From: Octopus vulgaris | Lineage: Eukaryota | Reading direction: 5' to 3' | NCBI GenBank assembly: GCA_951406725.2 | Contig: OX597840.1 | Coordinates: 13,392,001-13,456,000 of the forward strand | Length of the DNA: 64,000 nt | In this document: positions 13,957 to 27,604 of the stretch, one piece after another | Numbering within the stretch: position 1 is the first letter of the stretch | Layout of the letters: every line of letters begins with the position of its first letter | Notes under the pieces: model-generated | Databases searched by the model: none | The model's input: only the letters and a program-made list of their open reading frames with translations | What the model was told of the DNA's origin: nothing | Made by a program: the position numbers and the translations under genes

Positions 13957-16900
13957 AGGTAACAGACAAAGGAAACAATTCCTTCAAAGGTGTTTGTAAA
14001 ACATCCAATTCCCTGGTACGTCGGTTGAATACCACATAAATATGGATAGAATGCAAATTACAAACAATACATTAAATAGAGAAATAATGCCTCCCCAGAC
14101 ACAACAGAGAAATAATTGCTTATACTATATCATATTCATAGTATATTGTGTTATATCATAAATAAATTAATGGATTGTCATTTGTGTCTCTCCAGTAAAT
14201 GTATTGTTTATATTAAAATATGTCTATATGTACACATATAAAGAAAAGACGGCAAATTGTGGAAAATAATTATATTTATATTTATATTAATATTCATATA
14301 TTTATATGAATATTAATATGTAGATATATAAATATTTATATTATTTATATTCATATTTATATTATTAATATGTATGTATAAATAAGTGTTGTTTGCAAAA
14401 CATGTATAAATACATAAAAATTCATCAGCTGAAAGCCTCCACCTTTTGCTTTCTCTCGTTTTGCATCTATACATATATACATTTTTTCTGTTTGATATGT
14501 CTAATTCAGTGTTGCCAACTTAAGATCAGAATTTTATGCTAAATTCCCGAAGAAAAAATACCAAAAAAATGCTTTAAAATATGACAAAAAATACTAAAGA
14601 CTAATTATATCAAAAATATTAATCTTTATTTACATTTTTATTTACTTTCTTTAATTATATTCAGCATTGAGAAATAATTTCTTCAATTTCACTGATTTGA
14701 TCATTTTCAGCTGCAGTGCCGAGGTCTTTGACTTCTGTATACATTCAAGGTCACAATCTTATTACGTGTTTTGGAATATCGACGTTTTTGGCAACATCTG
14801 CCATATCTTTTCAGGATATATTTTACAGACAGTATCGATCTAAGCATAGGAAGAGGCATTTTGTTTCTCAATTTTGATTTGACTACACCCGTACTACTGA
14901 ACAACCGTTCAACTTCTGCATTTGAGTTTGGCAATGTCAGTAGATTAATGGCAAAATTTGCAACATCTCTAAAAGGATTTCCTCCAGTAGCATCTTTATA
15001 TTCCAAGACTTCCAGCCAGAATACCTCAGTATTAGACGTATTTGTCCAGTTAACTAAATGACTGCTATTAAACTAATTTTCAATTGAAGACATTTTTTCT
15101 TCATTTAAATGCATTGATTTTAAGACAGGTAAAATTGGCTCTTTGAAATGCTGCAAAATATTCTCCACTGAAAAACATTTGATATTCCTCAGTATATTAA
15201 TATTTCCTGGTAAACGGTGCTTGAGCTCTTTATAAAGGCAGGGTAAAAATTGTTGTGTCCTTTTGCGAATATTATTTTCTTCGGTGGCTGTTACAGCCTT
15301 CTTGATAATCATTTCTGCTATCTTTCTCTCGAACCTGTAGCCTAATTTCGGTTCAGGATCCAGAAATGTTTCAGTAGAAGCATCCGGATCAAGAGGATCG
15401 ATTCTACATGTTAGAAATACTATCATATTAGCAACAGATTTGATCAAATTTGAAAGATTTTAAAGTAATCTTGTTTTGTTGACAGTGTTTGATTCAAACA
15501 GTTTTTCATTTGCTGAACATGTTTTAAAGTTGGATGCAAAAATAAAAGGTAAAGTTCCTTCCTAGAATCACAAAACATTTCATGTAACGTTTGTGTTGTA
15601 AACCATTTTTCTTTTGTAGTCGTAGTTTGGAAGTGAGTTTGCAATTCAAACCATTGGCTTAAAATTCTATTTACCGCTGGTTCTGTTGACAGCTACCTAG
15701 TTGTACAAGAATTCACGATCTTCAAAGGCTCTTCATCATTGATAGCAAAGTAAAGTTGTTCGTAGGTACTTTGTCTTGTTGAAGAATGAGAGGACCGTTT
15801 ATAGGTTTCGAATAATAAAAATTCTAAATTTATAGTCGAGCATTCAGCACAAGTGTGGGATGCTGCTAACTGTAAAGAAAGACATACACATCTAAATAGA
15901 AGTAATGATGGAACTTCTTTTAATTTCTGGAAAACACCATTGTTGACTCCTATCATTACTCTAGCATTGTTGGTTCCTATAGCCAGTAAATTTTTTATAT
16001 CTAATTTCTTTTTCACTAATTCAATTTTTAAGGCATCTACAATGCCATCTGCATTACGTTTCTAAAGATACTATACTGAGATATGTATGTACCACTTTTT
16101 TGCGAGTGTCACTATAATATATGATAACAATTCCTAACAACTTGTTTATCGATATATCATTGGATTTATCTAATGATAGGCTAAAGTTCTTATCTCCTAT
16201 ATCAAGAATCAAATCTCCATCAAAATATGGAGTTATTCTCACAATATTTGCACATTTTGTACGATGCAACTTCACTTTGGGTATAATATCACTCTCAAAC
16301 ATATGATTCTTACGTAATTCTATTAAGTGATCACAGCTATTAAATGATGAATGGCAACAAATAAACATTGCTAAATTTGCTTCAAGCATAGATGTCTTAT
16401 CATTTTTTGGTTTTAAAAAAAAATTGGTAAGAGAAACAATTTGTTGTGGAGTTGATGCCTTATGTTTATTCGCTTACGAAAAGAGAATATTTTACCAACA
16501 TATTACATCTACAATATCTGCAATGTGCTTTAGATTGGTCACTAGGTACTTCACACAACCACTTAGTAAATGCTGACTTCTTAAGCCATTCCTTTCGGAA
16601 TTTTTGCTGATAAAACTTTGTTTTTTCTTTGCTCATTATAATGTAGTGGGAAGCAAGAAAATAAATTGAATTATTAATAAAAATATAAAATTGGAAACAC
16701 AACTCATCAGTTTGCTGCTAACAATTCTTTCATTCGTCAATAACAATTCTTATGTTGGCTGCTTACAAATTCTTGAGGTGAAGAATTCTGATTCAGGATG
16801 CAGGGTGGCCACCTTATAAATGGAAAAGTAAAATCTACAGAATCCTAAAACTGTGTTCTGATATAAACCTGGGAACATCATATTTCGCTTCCAATCTTAC

Positions 16901-17615
16901 ATTTAATATCTATTAGTAAAACCACAATACTTAAAAAAAAATAGTAAGTAGAAATATATAGGGGGAGACCCCTCCACCCCCATACTTCTATACAATATAT
17001 ATAATCCAAAATAAGCATGAAAAAACACAGGCCTATTTTAAAACAGTCAAACTGAAAGTAAATCAGTCAACCTGTTGTGATAAAAACTCATCATTACAGA
17101 ATAAAGCATTGTTAGGACGAAATCTTTGCAACGTATTTACATTGTTCAGGTGCTGACATGCATTATCTTCTCCCCCATCAGCACCACTCTGTATCCAAGC
17201 CGATGAGGTGGGGCTGGAAAACTTGATAAACTTGATAAACTTCCTTTTGATAAACTTTCATTTGAAGTTTCAAGAAAGGGAAAGAAAAATTCAACAATAG
17301 CCGAGAGTACTAAACTTTGGCTGTAACGAAAGCAGAAAAGGAGGAAAAAGAAGAAAAAAGGGTAGCTATTGTGGAAATGGGATGATCAGAGAAAAATGCT
17401 AAATAAAATTTTAAACCTATTATTTTCTCTACTAAATGCGAGATTCAAAAATTTTCTGCTAAATGATGAAAAAAATGCTAGATCTAGCATAAAATATGCT
17501 TAATTGGCAACCCTGGATCCGCATAATTGCCTCAATGATCCCCTGTAAAAGATCGGAGTCTAAGTTTGAATCTTTTGAGCACTACTGTCCGCTGTACGGA
17601 TAATCTCTGGATCTC

Positions 17616-17702
<87 letters not shown>

Positions 17703-17708
17703 CATCCA

Positions 17709-17792
<84 letters not shown>

Positions 17793-20700
17793 AGAGAGAG
17801 GGGGTTATGTATACATGCAGGTGGGGTTGTGAGGCCGAGAATCTTGCTTCGCAACTGCGTGATTTTCGGTTTAGTCCCACTGTGCGCCACCTTTGGCAAC
17901 TGTTTTCTACTGCTGCCCCGGGCCGACCAAAGCCTTGTACCACGCGCGAGATGTTGAAATGATTGCAGAGTGATTACTTCACCATTTGACTTGTGGCATA
18001 TCGTGCACCTGTACAGGTAATGTCGATTTGATGGAGGAAGTGAGCTAATGTCCTGCACAAACTGTTCGTCAATATAAAGGAATGATTTGTTCTTTAAGAA
18101 GATGCAGAATCGTCTTTCTCGGACTCGAGAGACCATCAACAATATCATACCCCCCATGTGAGGTAGTTTTTCCCCCCATACATCTCTGCACACGGACTTT
18201 ACTAACACTTCGTATTCTTTCCTTTTTTTTATTATTAATGAAGTTATTTCCTGTGGGACTTGTTTATCCACTTGCTCTGACCTAACAAATTGGGTTTTTA
18301 GATATAATTGTCCATATCCGAGTTACAAGGCCAAACGTGTCTGATTTAATTGATATTTAGAAATAACTGGTCTGATTTCTTTTTTAGATTGAATATTCGT
18401 TAATACGATTTGACCATGAAAAACGAGTTGTCCAGTTACTTTTGAATGCTACATCCTTACTTGAATCTCCAGAAGTGAAGGGATCAGAATCAAGGTGAGT
18501 TTAATTCTGTGGACCAAATTTGAAATAATCTTTGATGATAATTAAAATTATTATAAGCGACAATTTGGGGAGAGAAGGAGAGAAGAGAAAGAGAGGATGG
18601 AGGCAAGTGGTAGATGTGTAGTTTGGTTCCCATCACAAGCGCCTGTTTCTCAACTGGTTTATAATGTTTAACTAAAACTGAAAAATGTGCACGCACAAGA
18701 GGGTTACACAATGTCATAGTAAACCTTAAAAAGTATGGAACTAGAATTGTTGCTCAAAAATATTGGAATCCCTATTTGTTGTACAGTATAAGGCATTTTG
18801 AAACGAAAAGAGACTCGTGTGTGGATTACGATGTCTCGATAATTGTTAAACTGAGTTCTTAACATAAAAATTTGAAAATGTACAAAATATGATCTTTAAC
18901 TTCGAATTAGTAAATTTTTTTCTACTCTAAGCACAAATTTTGGGGGAGGGGCCAGTTGATAAGATCGACCCCAGTACGCAACTGGTACTTAATTTATCGA
19001 CCCCAAAAGGATCAAAGGCAAAGTCGACCTCGGTGAAATTTGAACTCAGAGCGTAAAGACAGACGAAATACCGCTAAGAATTTCGCAAATTTTTTATTTC
19101 CCATAAGGGGACAACAAAGAGGGGACATTACAATCTGATATGGGGTCAGATTTCACGAATTAGTTAACAAAAAGATGAATTCAAAAATTTTACATAAATA
19201 TGAATAGTTCGAATGATAACATATACAAGACAATACAGAATGGAATGGGGAGGCGGGATATGCTCGGACCCCACGAGCCCTGTCTCAGCACTGATGCTTT
19301 GGGTTCTTCATGCGTTGTATTCATGCGGTTCCATCCATACGCAACATTCGTGCGTCATTCTTTCGTCGATCTTGGAACATTTTCGCAGACGGGCATTTTT
19401 TCTCTAACCCTATTTTCCTTCTTAGGTGGAAGGTGAAGAAATTCACCAAGCCAGGGCCAGATATAAAAATGCCTGTTATTAACCCTTTCATTCGCGTCTT
19501 CCAAATCACTTCTCTTGCAATTGCTACTACGATGAGAAAGCAATTCTTACCTTCTTTCGATATGAAATCCGGTGGGTCAATTTTTATTATTTACTCAGTT
19601 GATAGCTGTATTCTTCCTGTACTTGACAACAGTTGTTCGGCATAAACCCACACATCTGACATCTCCGAACACTGAACAATAGCGTGCGGGACGGTTTCCC
19701 TGTCCCGCCCACATCTTGGACAGGTCGGTGGACCAGGGCCACCATGCCTTGCGAGCTTGTTATCCAGTGTCTTCGGCCCGAATGTATGTTGGAACAGACT
19801 GGCCAACTGATTATCGTCGAGACCTAGGGTTTCCCCCAAGGTATCGTCACATTTCGCCTCTATCAACCCTCTATAGAAGAATGTGGAAGAACCACTACCT
19901 CAGACGTTGCCCGAGAGATGGAATGTCTGGAGAGCCTTACGACACTCCATAAACCATGTACTCGACTTCGATCTACGATAGAACCAGGTATTCGGTCCAC
20001 CGAAACAAGTGAACTTGGAAAACATCTGTTTCGCCAGCTGAGACCACACCCGATCACCATCCACAGATGCCTCAATCTCAATGCGTGCCTGCGCATCATC
20101 AGCCAAGGCATCCCTAGCCCACCCTTTAACTGTTGTCGGCAGCAAATAGAGGGTCTCACAAGCGGATTCGAACCCTTTCACAAGAAGGATAAGAGCTGTC
20201 TTTCCAGCTTGCTCAACCACGAATCAGAGCTGGGAACGACGGTTAGGCGGTAGGTGATGACCGATGCGATGAACACATTGGCCACCTCCGCCCTCCCTTT
20301 TAGGGATAGCCACCACCAAGACCAGGTCTTTGGCTATATGGGCCACCCTGCTCGCTACCTCGGCCCAATTCTTTTCTATTTGGAGGCCTGGTCCAAACTA
20401 GACGCCTAGCGACTTAATCGGACCCACCGTCCAACGTCCCACGACGCTGTCAGGAGGCATCGACTTGCCTCTCCAAGTGACGAGCTGCAAGCCGACTGAC
20501 TTTTCACGATTAACCTTTGCTCCTGCCACCGTTTCGTATTCCTCAATGGCCTTGTCTATCCTCTGTAGGTGATCCATTTCAGTTACGATGATGGTGATGT
20601 CGTCCGCGTTCGCTGAAATCGACTCTCCACAACCTGGCTGTCTCGGCATGTCGCTCAGCTTTCGCAGCAATGGCTCAAGAGCCATTACATACAAAAGCGG

Positions 20701-22956
20701 GTAGAGCGGACACCCTTGACGAACCGAGCGTTTGATGATGAACGGCTTAGATAAAAAGCCGTCCACCCGAACTACCGAGTCGATGTTGTGATAAATTTCA
20801 ATGGTCCACCTGAGGGAGCCAAGACCTAGGCCGGACACCAGGTAATGATGGTCGACCCTATCAAAAGCCTTTGAATGGTCTAAATGGACCACTGCCCCTC
20901 CCTTGCCAAAATCGTTATTAAACCCCTCTGCAGAGTACCGTATAAGATGGAGATTCTCCTGGATGGATCTACCGGGAACGGCACATGTCTGTACCTTCTC
21001 GATCAAGCCACCTGCGACACGCGCCAAAATTTTCGATAACACTTTGGCCAAAATCTTCAACTCTGTGTTTAGCAGAATGATGGGCCGAAAATTATCAATG
21101 CAATCCCCTTGTTCGGGTCCTTTCTAATAAGCGTCACCACACTCCGGCGCACAGATCTGGGAATGAACCCATTCTGCTGCCAGTTCGTGTAGACATTCGC
21201 TAGCAGGTGCCCGAAAATGTCTGGCATACAGTTCGTAGCGTAGACCATCCAGGCCCGGCGCCTTATACGCGTCGCAGTCCGCTATAGTTTCAATTACCTC
21301 CTCAGATGTGATCGGCCCTTCACAACGCTCCGCGTCCTGCCCCGATAGGCGCGGCAGCCTGGCGAGGAAGTCCGTTAGGTCCCACATACTGTCCGGTCCA
21401 CTGCCCCCGCCGAAAAGCTGGGCGAAGTGCTCCTGAGACACCTCACACATCTCGAGCTCGTTTATCAACTTACCTCTTGGTTCATCAAAGTTCGAATTGT
21501 GCTATCGTTGTCACTTTGGGCTTCCATCACTCGGGTCCATCCCGCGGCCTTGATTCCCTCACAACCCAATGCACGAATCCTAGCTCTGACAATGCAACCC
21601 ATATGTTGGGATTCGAGGTGCTGGTTTAACACCAGTCTCTTGGCCGTCACCTGAGCTGCAGTAAATACAGTAAATCCATAAGAAATGTTATCCCAGGATA
21701 AATCCTGCAGTAGCAGGCTCATGAACACTGTCTATACATTAAGTATGATACGTAGGTGTCTAGTTTAATTAAATACGTTTCAATTACGTATACTGTGTTT
21801 TTAATCAGATAGACGGCTATTCGTAACATCAGTGAATGATTTGCTCACACTTTCTTATATCAGAGACAATAAAGTCTTGCCGGATCATGTGGCTGGTTGT
21901 GAGTATGCGCTATTGAAACGGTCTTAAAAAAATTGAAATGCATCTGGTTCTTTCACTGGCCGTTGCTGGGGCAAATTTATATTTCCTTCTGATATCAAAT
22001 TTGAGCGCAATCAGATGGAGGACGCCTGAGATCCTAGAAGACACACACAGAGACAGAGACAGAACGGATTTCATATAATATACATTTATATTTTATATAA
22101 TATACATACATATAATATACATACATACATAAAATCCGTTCTGTCTCTGTCTGTGTGTGTGTTTTCTAGGATCTCAGGCATCCTCCATCCGATTGCGCTC
22201 AAATTTGATATGTAGATACCGACGGTATCAGGGCGTGTGTAAGTCCTGAAAAAAATTACAAAAATCGATTCCAGGTGAGAATGCGATCGATAAAGCTGTG
22301 GGAATGTGCATTTGTAAAATCGTTTTTCTTGGAATAGAAAAAAAGTCTATCTTTATTTCTTCTTTTGCTGGTGTCTCAAATTTAGATTAAATCAATGTTT
22401 CTCAAAGGGGAGACCTATGGGACGGTCGGACAAGTTGTTTTGAGAAAATTTAGTTTAAATGTTTGACAACTCAGACGGGGTGGGGCGTTTTGCTCTTATA
22501 TGTGTGTGTGTGTGTGTATAGTTCAAATCTACAGAAAACAAAAGATGATGACAGGTGTAGGAACAACAAGCAGGTGTTTTAGTTTGACGCTCGAGAAGAA
22601 TAGAAAAGTCTTAGACGTTTTGAGCCTACGCTCGATATATAGATATATAAAGACAAAGACATCCGCTAAACACGATTTAAGCAGTGTTTGATTAAACCAG
22701 CTGTGGCTATTTTATTCAAACATTGCTGCTGTTGCGTATTCCGGATTACTTTATCTTTAATCTGTTTCTTGTTTCAGTCATTTCACTGCGGCCATGCTGG
22801 AGCACTGCCTTGAAGAGCTTAGTCGAACAAATCGACCCTGTGACTTATTGTTTTTTTAAGCCTAATACCTATTCTATCGTTCTCTTTTGGTGAACCGCTA
22901 AGTTAAAGGGATGTAAAAACAACCAAGGTTGTCAAGTGGAGAAGGGGAGCAAATGT

Positions 22957-22988
<32 letters not shown>

Positions 22989-24784
22989 CTATATATATAT
23001 ATATATATATAAGACGGGCTTCTTTCAGTTTCCGTCAATCAAATCCACTCACAAGGCTTTGGTCGACCCGGGGCTATAACAGAAGACACTTACCCAAAAT
23101 ATCACGCAGTGGGACTGAACCCGGAACCATGTAGTTAAGAAGCAAGATTCTTACCGCAGGGCCACGCCTGCGTCTATGATAAGTATAATCTATATATATA
23201 AAACTCAACTTGTGTGTCTCTGTGTGTGCCTGTGTGTTTAACTTCCCGACACATCTCCTCCTAGCCAACAAATCGTAGAACCACCAAAAATGGGTCACTT
23301 AAAGTTTAGGCGAATGAAAATTGAACTGCGCTATTTCTGTTTCGAAATTCATCTCTCAAGTGCAAAAATCGATAATGTGTTTGGTTAGGCCTTATCTCAT
23401 GCATTAAGCATGCGTAAATTGCATGAAAAATAAAAAAATCAAGATATAAAAACGAATCGCCGTAAACATTGTAGAAATTCGGCAAAGAAATAAATTTTCG
23501 GGATGTAGCCTGGAGGGTTTTTTCGTATTAATCGTTTGGACTTTGTGAACACATACCAATTGTTTTCATAACATTTTTAACGCTTTGAATTAAATGTGAC
23601 CATTTTGCGTTGAGTCTGTAGTTTGAATCACTTTAACCAAATTTTAGCAGGCCGGATTTTTGATCATCACGATACATCACCAGCGACTCCCTGAAACTCT
23701 CCCCTGAAATCCCCGTTGAGCCGGGCAATACTGCTAGTGATAAATATATTTTCTCTTTATAAACAAAAATATCAAAGCGTGTGGACCCCAGAATATGGCG
23801 AATATATGATGGAAGGCAAATCCAGAAATCCTTTTGGTAGTTCCATGGCTGATCTGAATCGTATAGAAGATTATTTTAAGGAAAGGTAACCATAATATTT
23901 TTTATTTACTTTATTTACATTTATACAGAAATATTTAAGACTTCATTCATTTTTCGTATTATTCATTTTGTAAAAAATAACATCGTTGATTTCTAACAGA
24001 CAAATGCCTGGTTCTCCGTATTTTTATTGGCCACATATTTGAATCTATAACGCCTGTTGTTTGTATATATGTACATATGTGTACGTGTGTGTGTGTTTGG
24101 GTGTGTGTGTAAATATATGCATATGTATATGTATTGTGGTTACGACGACGAGGGTTCCATTTGATCCGATCAACGGAACAGCCTGCTCGTGAAATTAACG
24201 TGCAAGTGGCTTGGCACTCTACAGACACATGTACCCTTAACATAGTTCTCGGGGAGATTCAGCGTGACACAGTGTGACAAAGCTGGCCCTTTGAAATATA
24301 GGTACAATATAAACTGGAAGAAAGAGTGAGAAAAAGTTGTGGTGAAAGTGTACAGCAGGGTTCGCTACCACCCCCTGCCGGAGCCTTGTGAAGCTTTAGG
24401 TGTTTTTGCTTAATAAATACTCACAACGCCCGGTCTGAGAATCGAAACTGCGATCCTACGACCGCGAATCCGCTATCCTAATCACTGGGCCATTGCGCCT
24501 GATATGTATAGTTGTTAAGGTATGCGCAAATATATATATCTGTATGTGTGTGTGAGTATATGTGTATAATTAAATACTTAGAATAGGCAAGAATTGGTCC
24601 AGGCCATGACCAACTTAGTACCACTCGGAGAAGACATTTAATGATGTTTTCCATTAGAGTCAATCTGTGGGCATCGCAGTCAAATAAAGAGTAATTGTTT
24701 GCAGAGTTATATCTGGGTGTAGATGGGTCATCTGGAATTTGTTGGAGGATGTCTAGATGCCTATACAGTTGTAAACCTCTGTGT

Positions 24785-24861
<77 letters not shown>

Positions 24862-25079
24862 GATAATGAGGGAGATAAATTGAATATTAATTTAATTAAT
24901 ATCAATTTAAAACCAGTAGCCTAGCATACAAAAATCTGAAAAATCAGAGAAAATTCTAATACATGTGTATATTTAAAGGGCTAAAAAACCACTATGTGGT
25001 CAGCCGTATGCTAGAAGTAGATCTATGGCTGACCACATAGTGTTTTTTAGCCCTTTAAATACACACACACACACACACA

Positions 25080-25155
<76 letters not shown>

Positions 25156-26422
25156 ATGTCCCCAAATTAAAACAACCAATTATTTTAAATTTTGCCAAAG
25201 CAAGACATTGTTATATTTAGGGTCCGGGCGATGCAATGCAATGGTAAAGGAAACACAGTTATGACATTAACGCATTTATTCGATATGACCACCTCTGTTT
25301 CGAATCACAGCCTGAAATATAGGTGCAAATGATTCACACGCGGCACGCAGCTGTTCTTGCGGAATCGAAGCCCATTCCTGGCGCAGTTTTGCCTTCAGAC
25401 AGTCGTTCGAGGCATGAGGAATACTCAAGACCATTGTCTCCAAAATGGACCAAACAGAAAAATCCAGTAGGTTGAGATCGGGGTTTCTTGAGGGCCATAC
25501 ATCCTTACCTATGAGCGACGGAATGTTTTTTTTTTCTGAATCCAATGTTGTGTCTGTTTGGACCTGTGGGGTGGTTTCTTGTCCTGTTGGAGGCCCCATG
25601 GTGTGCCTTGAAAGTGCTCATTCGCCCATGGAAGCAGTTCAGCTTCGAGAATGTCGCTAATGTATCTCTGGGTGTTAATTTTAGCAACCGAGGGTACAAA
25701 ATCGAGGGGAGACCTTCCAGTGGCTGTCACAGTCGTCCAAACCCTAACTGACTGCGGATTTTGACGTCGATTTACGAGTCTACCCTCGACTGAACCAGTT
25801 GCACTCCAAAGTCGATCAGTCTGGTGGTTTACTCTCTGTTTGATGTCAAATTTCTTTTAATCAGTGGGCACCAAGTTGGACAGCGTGCCTTCAGCAATCT
25901 GATGCAGGATAAGACGACTTCTCTCCAGTCTCTTGGCCTTATTATCTTGCGTGAGCTGATGACAGCGGATCATCTTGTAGCTGTGGGTCGTGAGATCTTC
26001 CTTCAGTCCTCGATATAACGATGTCTGGCTCATTTTGGCTGATGCAACGACTGGGATTTCATTTCTCTGATACTTTTCATAATCTGGGGAGTTCGTACAC
26101 TTCTTTTTCGGTCACGTTTACATTGATAAGCGGTGGAACCAGTCTCTTGAAATTTCTTCACAATTTTCCAGACTGTTGTTCGATTAAATCTAGCTTTTTT
26201 TTTTGCTATAGCTGTATTACTTTTGCCTCATTTGTGAAGGGTTATGATTGTATTTCGATCTATAGCCATTATCTTTAAGAAATCTAAATTTCTTTAGTCT
26301 GAAACAAAAACAAGACACACTAAACTTTTATAATGATGTATAATTTTCATATATTATCACATGTACTGATAATTATTAAAGCCCGAAACTTTGGTTGCCT
26401 TAATTTTGGGACACCCTGTGTG

Positions 26423-26501
<79 letters not shown>

Positions 26502-27531
26502 GTATGTATGTATGTATATATGTATGTATACTCCCACTTAAAAGTGGATGTTGTGTAAGAACACAGAATACTGTTTTCGTTAACATGAGAGAACCTCTTA
26601 TATGGACTTGTTTACATCGCTAGCAGGAGACAGTCACCGCCATCATCGCCACCGAGACTACCACATCATGTAATTTCGGCCTTACTTGGCTTTGTCACTA
26701 GCAGACACCTGACTGCTGGAAATAGCAGCGACTACTCCGCTAGCGATATACATAAAATCACAGCACCTCATGAGGCACTGGCGTCATAGTGGGCTTATTG
26801 ACAAATAATTAAGGATTTCAAACTTTGGCACAAGGCCACCAATTTTGAGGAAGGGTGTAAGTCGATTACACTGATCCCAGTGCTCAACTTGTACTTATTT
26901 CATTGACCCCGAAAGGATGAAAGGCAAAGTCGACCTCGGCGAAATTTGAACTCAGATCATAAAGACGGACGAAATACCACTAAGCATTTTGTCCTTCGTC
27001 CTGACAGGTCTGCCATATCGCCGCCTTTTACTGACAACTAATAAATGGCTGGAGAGAATAAATATGTTCTTCACGGTTGACCTCCGTCTAAACTACAAAA
27101 CAACCACAATATATTTTGTGTTTTCTCTTTTTGCCGTTGTTTTTGTTGTTACTTTCTAAGCGTAAAATGTATAAAATCTATTTTGTTCAGTCTTATGATA
27201 CATCAAGAATCCATCTTGTTAATATTTTAGACGTAAATCCATAAAACAATTGTTGGGCCCAGATCAAAGTCTAGTTACTTCAACAGTTTTTCCAAGGTAA
27301 GTGAAATCTGTAAACCAATCCCGATTTCAAATTTTCACACAAGGTCAGCACTTTCAGGTAAGGAGACAAGTCGAATAAATCGACCCCAGTATTCAACTGG
27401 TATTTATTTTACCAATCCCGAAAGGAGGAAAGACAAAGTCAACCTCGACAGCATTTCAACTAAGAACTTAAAGACGGACCAAATGCCACTACACATTTTG
27501 CTTGGCATACTCTTTTACTCTTTTACTCGTT

Positions 27532-27604
<73 letters not shown>

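Noticed and set aside
23734-23738. Helitron CTAG as the productive exon-3 acceptor
   Set aside because: It is out of frame and meets TAA at 23760-23762.
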